From contig CM022673.1 of assembly GCA_012295275.1 (NCBI GenBank), forward strand, positions 5,332,001 to 5,396,000: DNA of 64,000 nucleotides, written 5' to 3'. Below the pieces are notes generated by a model that was not told where the DNA came from, did no database searches, and was given only the letters and a program-made list of their open reading frames with translations. Shown here piece after piece: positions 14,045 through 29,400 of this stretch (positions are counted from its first letter, which is position 1; each line of letters opens with the position of its first letter). The position numbers were made by a program, and so were the translations under genes. Origin of the DNA: Chrysomallon squamiferum. Taxonomy: Eukaryota; Animalia; Mollusca.

Positions 14045-15155
14045 AATAAACAAATAAAATTTAAAAAATGCTTTGAGTTGCGAAAGAAAATTCGAGTTAT
14101 AACCGAGCTTCAGATACGCCGATATAACTTGTCTGATCTGTAAGAAAAAATACACTTTATTTTTGTTACATTCTCTTTTTTTTTTTTTTTTTTTTTTTGT
14201 ACAATATTTGTCATTTATAAATACATTTTTCTTATTTAAAAACACCTTTACAAAAAAAAAAAAAAAAGAAGGAAAAAGGTGTTTATATTAATTTCAGTTG
14301 TGAAAATTAATTTGATATACGAGCAAACTGAGATACGATCTTGGCCACGGAACGAATTAAACTCGTAAGTCAAGGTACCACCGTAATTCAAAGTGATGGA
14401 CACGTCTGTTAAACATTTCCATCCATTTCCTAAAAAGCACACGACAATCGTTTTCGTTAGCATGATCCTATGATTTGTAACATTCCCGAATTCTGTATTT
14501 TTCTGCCCACGTAATTAGTGAAAATAATTCATATCTTTAGTCTGGCTCAGGCGTTGGTGTCCGCAGTACCCGGCATGTGACCAGACGTTGACCTGTCCAC
14601 TGGTGAAGAAAAATAATTTCGTCGCTAATGATAAAAGGTACATAGATATAATTACTGAACAGAAAGCAGGTGAATTATTAGTTAGTTTACTCATTAAGAT
14701 AATTTTGGTAATCACCGTTGTGTTATCAGAGCAAAAATACGTACGTACTATGTATGTATGTATGTATGTATGTATGTATGTATGTATGTATGTATGTATG
14801 TATGTATATATGTATGTATGTAGGTAGGTAGGTATATATATATATGCAGTAAAAATGTGTGTTGTGTGTGTGTATATATATATATATATATGCTCATATA
14901 TATATGTGTGTTCATGCAAATATCTACATAAACGTAATACATATATGCATTCTTAGATGTCTATACGCTCTTGAATAAGATATTTTAGGCATGTAGATTC
15001 GTACACATACACACACACACACACATATGTATCTGTCTCTCTATCTACCTATCTGTGTATTTACCTATATACCTACCTATATATATATATATATATATAT
15101 ATGTATCTATATATCAGTTTATCTGTCGATCTATCTATCTATCTATGTATATATT

Positions 15156-15190
<35 letters not shown>

Positions 15191-15405
15191 TTTTTTAAAT
15201 ATCCCAAATATACGAAGGTAGTATCCTCACAAAGGAAGCACCAGTGTTTTAATTCATCAGTAAGTCAGCAATCTCTCATCAATGTCTTAACTATGCTTAA
15301 TGAAATGTCGAAACAGTGCCTCATTTTAAAACAACGTTTCGTCAGGGTCTTATCTGTGTCTCATTAACGCCTCATTGGTTTCATTTCAATGCCTCAAAGT
15401 CTTAG

Positions 15406-15520
15406 CAGTGCATCATCAAAGCCTTACCAGTGCATCATCAAAGCCTTACCAGTGCATCATCAAAGCTTTACCAGTGCATCATCAAAGCTTTACCAGTGCA
15501 TCATCAAAGCTTTACCAGTG
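15406..15520 (+). repeat. Minisatellite, 5 x 22 bp CAGTGCATCATCAAAGC(C/T)TTAC
   Basis: Units start at 15406, 15428, 15450, 15472 and 15494, with a partial unit at 15516. Confidence 0.95.
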
Positions 15521-18500
15521 ACTCATTACGGTTTTAACAATATTTCATCTATGTCTTGTCAGTGTTTTAATAATATTTCATTAATGTCTTATACAATGCC
15601 TCATCAACACCTGATCAAGACGATATCGATGTCTTAACAGAACATCATCAGCGTCTTACAACAGAGCCCCGTCGACGTCGTATTGATGCTTCAACAGTTC
15701 CACGCACTCACCCACTCATCTACCGCTGGAGAAAACAGACACCTGTACGTCCTCTCAGTTGAGCACACTGAACTGTACAATTATTTTCTATCAGAGCACT
15801 ACACAATTATCAGCTAATGATCACGTATTCGTTTCTTTACAATCACTGCTTTCAGTAACAGTTATTTCCTCTGAGAGTTCTAAAAACGTCCTGAAATTTC
15901 ACCTTTCTTTTAACAGACGTACATTTGTACTCGTGAATGCGACCACTGTGCGTTGAATGAGGTGTCGTACGAAAGTTTATTGTTTCTTATTTACCACTGT
16001 TTTCTGATTAGATTGCTTGTTCAGTTTACGTTATGTAAAATAAATCCCGTTCCACAAAATTATTTATTTTTATTTTGGACGGCTGATTTATAGTTTCATA
16101 TTTTACATAACAATTAAATTGCATTCCGCAAAATTATTATCTATATATATTTTCAGTTGTTCTGTTAGTCGTTTATTTACAGTAAAGTTGATATGTTGTT
16201 GTTTTTTTTTTTTTTTTTTTTTTTTCAAATGATGATTCTTTGTTTATAAAATCTTATATATTTGTCTGAGCCTTTATAATATACAAATAAATCCCATTCC
16301 GTAAAACTTTTTACCATTACCTTTTCTTGTTCATCGAGTCGTTTGCTTATAAGGTTTCATGTTAACGGCAGGTGATCTGCTTGTTAAAAGGTGATCTTTA
16401 TTTAGGAAGTATTATTTGAATCAGGCTGTTTTAGTCTGGTAATTTGTTTTTTCTTCTACAATTTGATAGGATCACGCAAGTCGTGTACTGATTACAGTGG
16501 CTTGGTCTTCCAAGAATTACATTTCATCTACCGCCACTGAAGCCAGGTGTAGGTTACTTCTGAACTGTGCGATTGTCAGTACACATTTTCCACTTGGCTT
16601 CATGTTCGTACAGTTTATCTGCGTATATGTGTTCCGAGTGGACAGATTTTTGTTACATGCTGGAATGTCTTACGTTAAACAGTACTGAATTCTGGTAGGC
16701 GTTGTTGTTGATATCTAAGACGTGGTATTACTAATGTTAAGAGTATGTGTACGTCGTTGACACCATCGCATGTGTGACGAATATACGGCTGCAGCTGATA
16801 TCAGTAGCCGTCCTGAACACTGTGGACGCCCTGGTACAAACTTAAATATCTGCAACATTCTTTTACATGTACTTTGAGTTGTTCGATCTGTTTTGTATTT
16901 ACAGGCTGATATAGTATATATATCATAAAATTGTTGTTTTCTCTTTTTCTCACTTTTTTTTTTTTTTCTCCCTCTCTTTCTGTCTTTTTCTTTCTTTCTT
17001 TCTCACTGTGTATCCTTCTTTTTTTCTATTTTTCTTCCTCATACTATCTTTCATTCTTCTCACATCATCTCTCTAAGTACCTCTTCGTTTATCTGCCTGT
17101 TTGTTTTGACGTACAACTCGTACACTCTTTCTCACACATACACACACATATATATATACATACCCTCCGCAAAAAAATATCTCTAAGATATAAAGCAACC
17201 AACACAAAGGTGTGAATCATTCCAGATAGCAGAAAATGGCCAAAATAAATATTACACTCTGTTTAAAAGTACATTCGTGTTTGTCTGCTAGATAAATAAA
17301 GTTATATAAAGACAAACGTTCATTCTTTTCTTTGGCTAACGTCTCTAGAAATTCACTTTTCCATTTGATCAGTAAAACACAAATAGCTGAAGTTAAACAC
17401 ACAAATACGTTATCGTTATTTACCGATAAGATCAGCTCAGCAAATTGAATCCAATAATAGAAAAACAGCTCGTGCAGAGTGATTATAAACACTAAAGATT
17501 TACAAAAAGCTTTTCTTTAAACCTTGATCATAACGAAATCATCGTCATCATCATCATCACAGTTTAGATCATCATCATTGTTATCATCATATTGTCTTTC
17601 TTGGTGTTTTTCATTTTTTTTTTCTGTCCATCATCACAATATCTTATTAATACTTTTATGTTTTTTTTTTTATTTTTTTTGCAAGCTTATCTTTTTCATC
17701 GTTATATCTTCTTTTGCTTTATCATTTTATTTTTTACTCATTCTCTTAATAACTGAAACTGAACATTCAGCTTTTCTGACTAATGTTGTTGTTTTTTTTT
17801 TTTTCCCTTGAGGTTTTTTTAATTTAATTTCTTTTCATTTTTTTTTTTTTTTGAATTGAGAACAAGATAGCAATAGCCAATAATATATAAAAATATTTGC
17901 ATCTCTCTGGTTTTTATAATGGAAATTTGGAGAATGTTTCAGAAAAAATGGAGAAATATATTTGCCTTTGCCGTATTTTTGCTTTCTTATTTTACAAGAT
18001 TATATAACCAAATATAGCTGAACTTCGGTAAATTGTAATGGATTAAAATGATAGAATTTTGTGTCTTGAATTTATCAGAGCAATATTTTTTTCTTTTCTG
18101 TGATGTTTGAGTTGTTTTATCAATGCCTGAATAGTATCAGATGCATGTATTGGAGATAGACAGAGCGAACAGAAACAAGTAAATATATAGATATATAAGC
18201 ACGGGTGAACGATTGAATAGACAAAAAGACAGATACACACGTTTTAATAAAACTCAACAAATCTTAATCAGACATTGATACCATTCACATTATACGATTA
18301 CTTAGTCTTTTAATTTTAAATTTATTTTCATTTCTCACTGATATTTGTATCTTCATCCACTGTGCTTGAGTTAGTCCAGCTGAAATGGCTCAGTGGTTCT
18401 GTGGTTAGAGTGTCAGTCTCAGGCATAACAATATTACTTCTGCTTGGGATTTTCCAGACATTTATTGTTTGTTTTTTTATGTAAAATCTTTAGCTTGGCT

Positions 18501-18690
18501 GTTTAAGGGAAGGTGAATATAAAAGAACCGTTAATGCTAATTTGTCAAGAGAGACAAAGTCTTCATCTCTGGCATCGTAGTTTTATGTGAATCGTACCTA
18601 ATAACCCTTAATACTGAAATAATCTGAGATCATTAAATATTCATTCGTTCATTCTGAGATGTCAGTTCAAGGGCACAACGATGCACACGG

Positions 18691-18810
<120 letters not shown>

Positions 18811-18816
18811 AAACAA

Positions 18817-18850
<34 letters not shown>

Positions 18851-19253
18851 TTGAAAAAAAGAAAAATAATAACCTTTGTAAATTATTTTTGTTAATAATC
18901 ACCAAGAACCAACTCGATGGAATCTTAATAAAACAAAACTTTACTTTGTTTTGTCTTCCACGGACATTTGCACTGAAACTCCGGCGTGGCCGCAGTTTTA
19001 ATTAACTGAAGAAAAAAAAGCCACACAAACATGTAACTATAGCAGCGTGCTTTTAATTACGTTAATTATTTTCATCACCGGACATGCTACACATCATCCT
19101 ATTACATATAATAGACGTATTTGCCATCCATAATTAACAAGCATATATCTTATCTCGTTTACTTATTAACAGTATTTTCCCATAAATCAATATGAGGGAT
19201 GAACCAGGGGTCAAAAACATTTCTTCAGTCCAGAGTGGAACATTAAGAAACAA

Positions 19254-19348
<95 letters not shown>

Positions 19349-19712
19349 TATATATATATATACATATATAAATATATATAAGTAATTGTAGTGTATTTTG
19401 ACAGTTCAACGTCTGTTAGAACTGTATTACAGTTCATTAATATTTTTACCAGAAAGATTAAGCTTGACAAAAAAAAAAAAAAACACACACACTGAGCAGG
19501 CTACACAGTATATATATGTACACATATAGTCATGTATACAAACGTACACTTAAATACACATATCACATATACACACATATATACATATACATACATCAGC
19601 AGCATTTGAGTTGACTGGACGTTGTTCTGTTGCGCCAGTGCGTTCCAGAATTTTGTCTAGGTGCAGAGTCTCATCAGACGTACTTAAAACAGAGAATATT
19701 CAAATTCTAAAA

Positions 19713-19758
<46 letters not shown>

Positions 19759-20245
19759 AACATACAAACCAAATCACATATATACACAAAACTGGTTTGA
19801 AATAGAAAAAGAAAAATACTGATGATTAACTAAGACTTCCTCGTTGCTGACTGCCCTTCCAGTCAGACAACCAGAAAAGACACAGCGGGAGGGACAGGAC
19901 ATACAAGATTCTTGCAGACGTCGCTGAAAAGCGAAGCCACGCGAGTGCACAAATTTCAAAGCTGTTGTTTGTTCGTCACACTAAACTCGCCACATCTTGG
20001 CCGCTAATTAACCTAACTTCACAGTTTAAAAACTTTCTTTAAACGTTCGTCATCGCGCATGTGCCTGTAACAGGGTGTTACGTTTTGGTAGAACAGGGTA
20101 GAACAGAACTTTAATTATCTGCATATATATATATACCGGCAGTTAAAGGCAGTTTATTATTAATACATATTTATTTAATATTTTGTGTTAATTTTTAACT
20201 TTTCTCTATTTCATGTACACAAACTGGATAATTTCAAGATTTTAT

Positions 20246-20288
<43 letters not shown>

Positions 20289-20670
20289 TAGTACGTTAAT
20301 AAAATATCTGTAGTTAGAATACGTTAAACAAAGACGAGAATATCTGTCTTTGTTAAAACAGCGTATAATAATGTATACTTAACAAAAAAAAAACGACACC
20401 TAATAACAAATAACAAAAATAACACGAAACAAAATATAAAAGGTAACACATACATAACATAACAACATGTTGCAGCATGTAAGATAATGTTTCGTGTTTT
20501 TCTATAACTGTCTATAGTTATTGTTAAAGTACTGATCATTAATTTTAACAATTCATCAGTATGTTTCAAAAGTGTCTATCTTGTTTTTTGTTAAATAAAT
20601 CGGCATTACTTCGATTTATGCAATCTAATATGCGTACATACATACATATATAACAATATATATATATATA

Positions 20671-20758
<88 letters not shown>

Positions 20759-22424
20759 TATCTCTCTATATCGCTGTCTATATCTCTCATTCTCTCTTTT
20801 TGACAGTCCATCCATATATATGTCTCTGTCTGTGTGCATCTCTGTTTATCTAACTACCTATGTCCATATTTTTCACTCACTTTTACTAGAACGTGTCTGC
20901 ATACAATTCCTGATGGATACGCTAAGAGCTATAAATATTACAAATAAACATTAAAACATACACACTGTGACTGCCATAAAATTAAAAAAAAAACAAAAAA
21001 CCCACTAACATCTGTACGTCAAAGAAAACAATATTACTTGTTTATAAATATTGTTTCTAAGTGGTTTTATGTTGACAGCTTAAACTGTATTAAAATGTAG
21101 GTTTTAAATGCTGATTAATGAAGTGTAGAAATACATCGAAGTAACACAATATTTTGACAAAAGATTACAGAAACTTAACGCAGGGCCCACCTGAATGTCG
21201 ACTGTTTCAAAAGCAGACAATAACAAATACTCTGACAAAATTTAATATTAATTATCTTTTGCTTCATTGCAGGAGGTGTTCAGCTAAGAAAAATATTTAT
21301 TATGAGTTTATTTATTACAAAATATTTAAGGTAACTGGATATGACAAGTTTGTGACCAACTTTATACGCCTGAATTACAACTGTTTTTGTAAATAAAGTA
21401 GCCTTGATATTAGTATTCTTTATTTTAAAAACCGTACAACTTTAGTACAAATACCCTTTTTCAAACACATACATGGTAAGGTCCAAATATAGATATATAT
21501 CTTCTGTAAAATAGTTAAAAGACTTTAGTAAATGTATGTATAAAACTTAGATAAATAGAAAGCTAAATATGTATATAAATAAATATATAGATAGATCAAT
21601 AGTTAGAAAGATAAATATGTATATAAACAAATATATAAATAGTTTGTCAGAGAGATAAATAGAAATACATACAGACTGATAAACTGATAGACAGACAGAC
21701 AGGTTGAAATACAGAGAGACAGAAAAATGGACAGACAGACAGACAGTCAGATATATTATCGGGGACAAAGACAGAAAGAGAAATATTTATCTACACGTAA
21801 CTTTACACGTGTTGAATACCGCTGTTATGAGGCAGGTGTAAAAATACGTTATTAATTTCACGGCTATTTGTTTGTTTTATCTAATGTTTGACCAGAACAG
21901 TTTTTTCTACGCTTCCTGTGTGAACGCGTGTTTCATTTGCTTAATTTCATCAGCGGGGGGGGGGCGGGGAGGCAATTCACAGCTTTATCTGTCGATGCAC
22001 ATGCTTCGAGCAGAAAAATCCTATCAGTGTGTGCATCAGCGCTTTGTAGTAATTAAATGCTGAGCAGAATTCTGATTACACGCGGACACTACTCTCTCTG
22101 ACTGCGGAGATTTTCTCGAACTCTCATCATTTCTCAAAATTTCTCGCTTTCTAAGAGAATAAAGCGCTTCAGTGAAATGTCTTGCCTAGCGCCTGTTTAC
22201 AATGAAACCGTAATTCGAGGTCTCCATGTCGATTGATTGAAGTAACACGCCGTTTGATTAAGTCGTCCATGTAAACACTGCGAGCATGTGAAAACTAATA
22301 TTAGAGGCCATTTCGAATGTCAAGATTACGTCTTTTAAAGATGGCGATGATTGATGATGATGATGATGATGATGTGGGATTAATGATAACTATAATGATA
22401 AAATTGAAAACAAAAAATCTCTGA

Positions 22425-22484
<60 letters not shown>

Positions 22485-22672
22485 TGTAGTAGTAGCGGTA
22501 GCAGTAACAATAACAACCAAACTGGTACAAATAACACATTAAAAAGACCAGTAGTAGTCGAACATTAAAAATTGTCCCTGTTGTTGTTGTTGTAGTAATG
22601 CAGTATCAGCACAGCTCTGGAAATAAATCATAAAATAAATTAATTTAAAACAGAAATAAGAGAAAAAACTAA

Positions 22673-22722
<50 letters not shown>

Positions 22723-23040
22723 TAAAACACAACATACAAATAAGAAAACCCTAAAACGTAAATAAAACGAAAACATATATCAAGCAGTGACTCATCATAC
22801 GACATCACACATAACGAAAAGTTCATTAACTTTATTATACTACCATAACAAAGAAAACAAAACTTAACAAAGTAACTCGCAGAAAACACTTCAAGCCTTT
22901 TCATTCTGTGTTTAACGTACCGCGGTAGTGTTTTAAAAAAAACCACGAAATAATCACAGAACACCTAACAACAGAATACTATTCAGTAAAATTTAGAAAT
23001 CATGATGACCCTATAACAAAACGTTACATTTGTTTATTTA

Positions 23041-23145
<105 letters not shown>

Positions 23146-24604
23146 TAGTGTTCCTTTTAATATGGACTAATAAAGAGTGGAAGGAGTGACGTGTACGTAA
23201 TGATAATTTTGAAATACACAGAAGACTGACAATGAGACGGAACGCTCTATAATCAAAATGTAATTTTTAGAAACACAATACGTTAATAAAGAATCGTCAA
23301 AACGCAATCACGGTGTTATAATGACTGTATTCACACTTCAACTCCTTATATACATATATATGTATATCAAATTCTAGCCATGCAAAACACAGATATTAAC
23401 TATAGAAGAATTCTATTTTTAAACTAAAACACTGGGTTACGTTTGAAGAATATGTCACAGGGCACGTACGCCTTACAGCCAAAACGGACGTATCCTTGTT
23501 CTCATTTCTAAGTCTGTCACCCGGAAAGTTAAATCTATTTTGTTTCTTCTTCTTTTCTTTCTTTTCTTTCTTTCTTTTTTTTTTTTTTTTTTTTTGTCGC
23601 GGTACGTTGATATTGAAACAATGATTTAAGAAATGTTGTCGTTTTGGGTATCTTTTCTTTCAAAGTTGCGTCCACGGAACACTGGACACAGACACTGGAA
23701 CTGTTCCTAACGGTAGGTCAGTTATGTGTGTATGTATGTTTATATGAAATAAACGACACCCCCATCATCACACATAGATCATTTCTTGGATTAGAAACAA
23801 AGGTAAGGATATTTATGTTTATATATCTATATGTATGTATGTATGTATCTATGTATATGAATAGGTATGTACATTTGTAAACACGTCCAGAATAATATAT
23901 TTCGAAAAAGTTGACAATCTAGTAATCTCTTTGCTTCTTTTCTTTTTGAATTTTATTTTATTTATCTTCGTATAATTTCCTCGAGATTCTAATTATATAG
24001 AAGAAAAAAAATAAACACAAAAAACAAAAAACAAAAAATAAAATTAAAAAATTAAAAAATCTATTGCAATTATTAATTTTTTTTTCTTTGAAAACATTTT
24101 AACAGAATTTAGGTTATTTTGTATTTATTTCAAGTAGTAGTTCTTATTTATTTACTGTGAATATGATTCTGATTAATACAAGACACTAAGCTTGGGGTGT
24201 TTTGTCGGTAACAGCATTTTTCTATTGACCCTATTGGAAAAAAAAAAAAAAAAAAAAAAAAAAAATGTCTTTAAGCAGTTAATCAGTTTCCGACAGTGTA
24301 ATTTGCTTGAAAAGTTCAGCCTTATCCTAAAATGAAATATATTTTAAAATCAATAACTATTGCATGAATATATGTTTGTGTGAGTATTTCCGTTTGTGTG
24401 TAAGCGTGTCATTTCTTTGAATTTGTTGTTTTTTGTCTCATCCTCTTTCTGAGACGTATTTATCTCTCCCACACACTGTCTATCAGACTCTCTTTCTTTC
24501 TTTTTCATTCTTCTTTCGTTTATCGTCTTCTTTCACTCAGTTACTCAATCAAAATTATTTTGTTTTTCCTTTTCTAACTCTTTGTTATTTGTATCTCTCT
24601 CTAT

Positions 24605-24664
<60 letters not shown>

Positions 24665-25823
24665 ACCATTATCTCAGAAAAATTAATTTAACAAAATTAA
24701 TTACGAAACTGCAAGGATGTCTTTTTCCTCCGTTCTTATTTGTGTTATCGATAAAAAAAAAAACCAGACAAACACGTCGGATATTGCAGTCGCTGGTCTG
24801 AAGTAACTGAATGAAAATAAAAATATCTCTAAAAGATGTCATTTTAATCCCATCTGGGGAATTTGTGTCGGGAATTCATTGACAATATGTAGACAAATTT
24901 TCTCACAAGGAGAACTGAACTATTCGTCACGTTTAAGAGATGACGCGTTCCTTTCCACCGCGGCGTGATTCGGCCTGGCGCAGTAATACAGCCGCGATGG
25001 TTATCGTGCTATTTTCTACACAAATAGCTACTTATATGAGCCTCCGCACTCCACTGGACGTAATCATTATTAAAATCCAACAGGAAATTATCTGGATAAA
25101 TCCTTTTAACGCTGAAAGCTTGTAACATTCTTACAGTTGTTTTCTGAACGACAGCTAGGCGGACAGACACACAAATCGCCGGACAGACAGACATATCGCC
25201 TGCTACTGGATGCTCTTATTTCGAACTCTTCTAACACGCGGTATTTCGTTTCTCTAACTAGCCGTGACGGAAACGTTTTAAATGTCGTATTACAGCTCTC
25301 ATCCGTACTGACCAAGCCAATATTCCTTTGTCAGGAAATAGCGCCTGCCCAAGGCGGGTTGGGTCGGAGGATCAATGCTCGCTGCAGACCCTGTTATCAG
25401 TGGCCTTGGTCTAAAAGATCCTGTTCTGGTAATCGATATGAATAAAATATGTTTTTCTTTCTTAAATTCTTTCCTCGTCCCTATTTCGGTATTTTGTATT
25501 CGCGTGCCATTATAATTAATCTAATGATTTGTCTTTGGTTCAAATAATAAAATGTTTATGGAGTCACATTTAATTATATTGATTATTATTATCTTTGGTT
25601 TTTTTTTTTGTTTTTGTTGTTGTTGTTGTTTTTGTTTCTTTTTCTCTTTTTTTTTTAATTACATAATAATTTCGTACTGCATTTAACTGAGCTAGGAGAA
25701 GACTGATAGATCAATATTATCATATTTGTAGCAGTTTATTGTTTAATATTTGGATCGATGCTTCACTGATCGATTTGTTTTCTGTGAGGGTAATGACCTT
25801 TGATCGAACTATTATTTATAATG

Positions 25824-25902
<79 letters not shown>

Positions 25903-26175
25903 AGGGACAGAACATATGTTATAATAAAACTCTCCGAAGTTCCATCAGAAGTATATTTTTCTACTAAAAATTATTTACTTTTTATCAACTCCATCGCATA
26001 GTCAGGGGGAAAAAAATACCAAGACCCTTTACTACATCACGAGACAGCAAAAATTGGAAAGAAAAATACTGACACACGCCAAAAAAAAAAAAAAAAAGAA
26101 AAAAAGAATAACTTTGAACAGGAGCATTTTGTGTTACCTTTCGCCATTTACACTAAAACTTTTATTTTCTTTCAG

Positions 26176-26469
26176 ATACACAGAATTACTTCACAGCTGA
26201 GACTGTTGGCTTCACGGGAAGAGACGGTGTCCTGCAAGAAGACGCCAAGCACGAAGTAACACGCAGTCGTACAACCACAGCCACAACCACAGCCACTTAT
26301 CTACTAACACACTGTGGATACAAATCAAAGCCTTCCTTGCTGTCAGACGATGTAAATCACTGATGAATCATTTGTCGAAAAAGAAAGAAAAAAACAACAA
26401 CGTTACAACACTTCGCCAAGCAGGTGTTATTTCAAGATATTGTCATAATTAAATAACATCTGATTTGTG
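26176..26469 (+). other. Candidate upstream exon (5' UTR of the GPCR or part of a separate spliced ORF)
   Basis: Strong acceptor TTTATTTTCTTTCAG ending at 26175, consensus donor GTG|GTAAGT at 26470 (alternative TCG|GTGAGT at ~26557), and a higher-complexity interior. Confidence 0.4.
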
Positions 26470-29400
26470 GTAAGTGCTTACAGATGAAGTTTCCAGAGCA
26501 CTTTGTTGTATTCTGAACGATTGAATGAACAGGTTTATTCACTAGGATTTTTTTCGGTGAGTTTTTTTTTTTTTTACCTCTGGTTCCATCTCTGAAAGTT
26601 GTAACAGTTAAGGATCTGACAGTGTAAGAAGCTGAGATTAAAACTGTTGTTATAACGACATTCGTGAGAGTTTGTTGGTTTCTACAACTTTTGGTTTCAT
26701 TGACGTTTTTCTCCTAATTTAGTCTTTCGAAGAAGGATGCAGTAAATTTTAGTTTTTGAATAAAGAAGCAGACATAAAGGAATTTATACTTTTTTAAAAA
26801 CAGAGCTAGAAACGAAATCAGAACTTTGAAAAAAAAAAAAAAAGTATATAAGACGAAACAAAGGAGAAATAAAAACTTAAAATAGAAAACGTCTATCGTT
26901 TATAGTTTCTATTTATCTGCATCAGCGATAATTAGTGTGGATTTAACTATTGCCATCGCCATTAACTCGGCTAGGAAGTGGCCACTTTGGCGAAACACAA
27001 TTACTTCATAACCAGAGGAGTGGAAACCTTCGACAGAACATTTTCACAAAAACGTTTTTGTTTAACAAAGCCACCGATCCGGTGATAAAGATGTGCTGAA
27101 ACGATCTTGACATATTGGATTGACTTTTATTTCAATGATCTGGCAAGCTTTCCGAAGTAGCAGCAATTAACGTAAACACAGCTTAACCCACGAAACCTTT
27201 TACCTAACAACACAGGCCTGTAAGTTGTACTTAAAAGTTTGACTGAAGGGAAATCTCTTACTCTTATGTGTTTCCCCATTACTTGAGTCGATTACATGTA
27301 AAAAGTGCCATCAGCTCTGGTGCATTTGGTTAATGATAGCATCAGATATATGACAGGCCAGGATAATTAACTGCTTTTCTAAAAGCTTATTATAAACTGT
27401 GATGTAATGTCAGTCAGCGAGTTACAGATATTAATACTCTTTCAGGATATGCAGTCCTTGACTTAGTTATTAGCAATTTCGAGAAATATTTCTAGATAAT
27501 TACACCACTCGTCGTTAATTTGTTTTGTTCTTTTCAAAAATATTTTATTAGCGTGATTCAAGGACGTGTTAAAAACTAGACTTGAAAATCGCTACATCTC
27601 CAAAATTTGTGTTTAATATTTAACAAAGATACTCAACGTTCAATTTGTTTTCCCAATTTTTTTTTTTGACAATTTGAATATCAATCGAAATAACTTAATC
27701 AGCGAGTCAGAAAGTTTCTACTGCCCATCAACTTTTTAAATAACGAAGAAAAAAAATATATTAAAGGAATGACAAAATCCAGAAAATAGGAAAAACGATT
27801 GGAGCAAACTCTTTTGAGATTTGTTCGTGAAAAAAAAATGAATCATCGATAAATTAAAAAAGGGGTTGCTTATTTGCTGTGAATTATACGGAGTAAAAAC
27901 AATATAATTCTGTGATTATTCAGATATAAAAAATGGTGAAATTTAGTATTGGATTAAAGTATAACTCAGTTAATACCACTCAGTTATTTGTCGCAGTTAA
28001 CAACTGAAAATTTTCTGTAAACGTGTTGTGTTTGAAAAAAAAAAAACAACAACAGAAAAAAGAAAAAAGGAAAGAAATAAAGATAAGACAACAAGTTTGC
28101 TTTCTGTGATAAACAACACTGACAGTGCATTCCCCCGCAACAGCGAAATAAACCAACATTTAACTCAATTTAACAAGATAAGTGTTTGTGGAGATAATAT
28201 TTGGCGCTAATTCAAATTAGACCATCGTCATCCGGAACTGGTGAGCGGTGTTTTTGAGAAGAGAAATGAAGGCTTCTCGTCGTAACGTGCACTTAACGAT
28301 TTGTCGCCGAATCCGGAGTCGCTGATCAACTTCATGGTGCATAAATAGTCACAAAAACGAGTGTCAAAAGTTAAACGAGTTTAATACATTTCGTTTTTTT
28401 TTTTTTTTCTTGGTCTCGGAAAGCGGAATTCGTGTTTGGAATTTCACGATCCATAACAAATTAAATAGAGAAAAGTGAAATATCAGATTTTATTTATGAA
28501 ACCAGATTCAGTATCCGAGATCAATCAGTTGTTAAGAAGAGAAAGGAAACAGAGAGACAAAAAGGTTCCAATAACAGGATATTTTGTTAATAGCAATTAA
28601 AATATTTTTCAAACTGGAAACTTTTGTTACCGGATGGTAATTCACTGATATTTCGTGTGTATTCCCTACAGACAGTTTTAATAATAAGTGGAAAATTTGT
28701 TCTCACGATTTCAGTATTTTATCAGATTTTCTCCAAAAACTCTAACAACAACAACAACAACAACAGGAAAAAGGATACAACAGCATACAAATTAGTGAAT
28801 ATCCATCGATGTTATATAACTGTTTGATAACATATTTCGTACGTTGGCCTGCTTTATCCAAAAGGATTTAATCTATTAATAATAATTACATCATCGGAAG
28901 TTTAATTTTTGTAGTTAAGATCGGGAAACACGATAGCGCACACAGTGCTTCAATTCTTTCCTGGTTGCTACGACTACTCCGCAGTAAACTTTCTTCTTCT
29001 TTTTTTTTTTTTAAAACCCACCAACAACTACAAAAACAAACAAACAAACAAAAATTCCCAAAGAATTGAACCGTACGATCTGCTCGTATGTTGATATAAA
29101 CAGACAGAAGCCTAATAACAAATAACAACTTCTTTCTTTAAATAAAAAAAAAAAAAAAAAAAAACAACAAAAAAAAACGTTCTCATTGCAATTCATACGA
29201 CCTATAATACAAATTACTTCAAATCAGATTATTCTGTGGAGTCTTTTTTTTTTCTCTCTCTCTCTCTCTGCACTCATTTGGATTGCCAATAGCATGCATG
29301 ATGGTCAAAAGACAATCCCGTTGCCCATCGATTTAACGTCGCCTTTCTTTCTTGATTAAAGACATCAAAACAGGCAGACTTGCTGCTGTTGCCGTACGAT

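Noticed and set aside
15406-15520. Regular repeats resembling a CRISPR array
   Set aside because: The units are contiguous with no unique spacers, the context is eukaryotic, and there are no cas genes.
18384-18425. TGGCTCAGTGGTT...GGTTAGAGTGTC tRNA A-box-like sequence
   Set aside because: There is no B-box or cloverleaf; at most it is a decayed SINE head.
26359-26385. CTGATGA...CGAAA hammerhead-like core
   Set aside because: The intervening ATCATTTGT cannot form stem II, and no stems I/III are evident.
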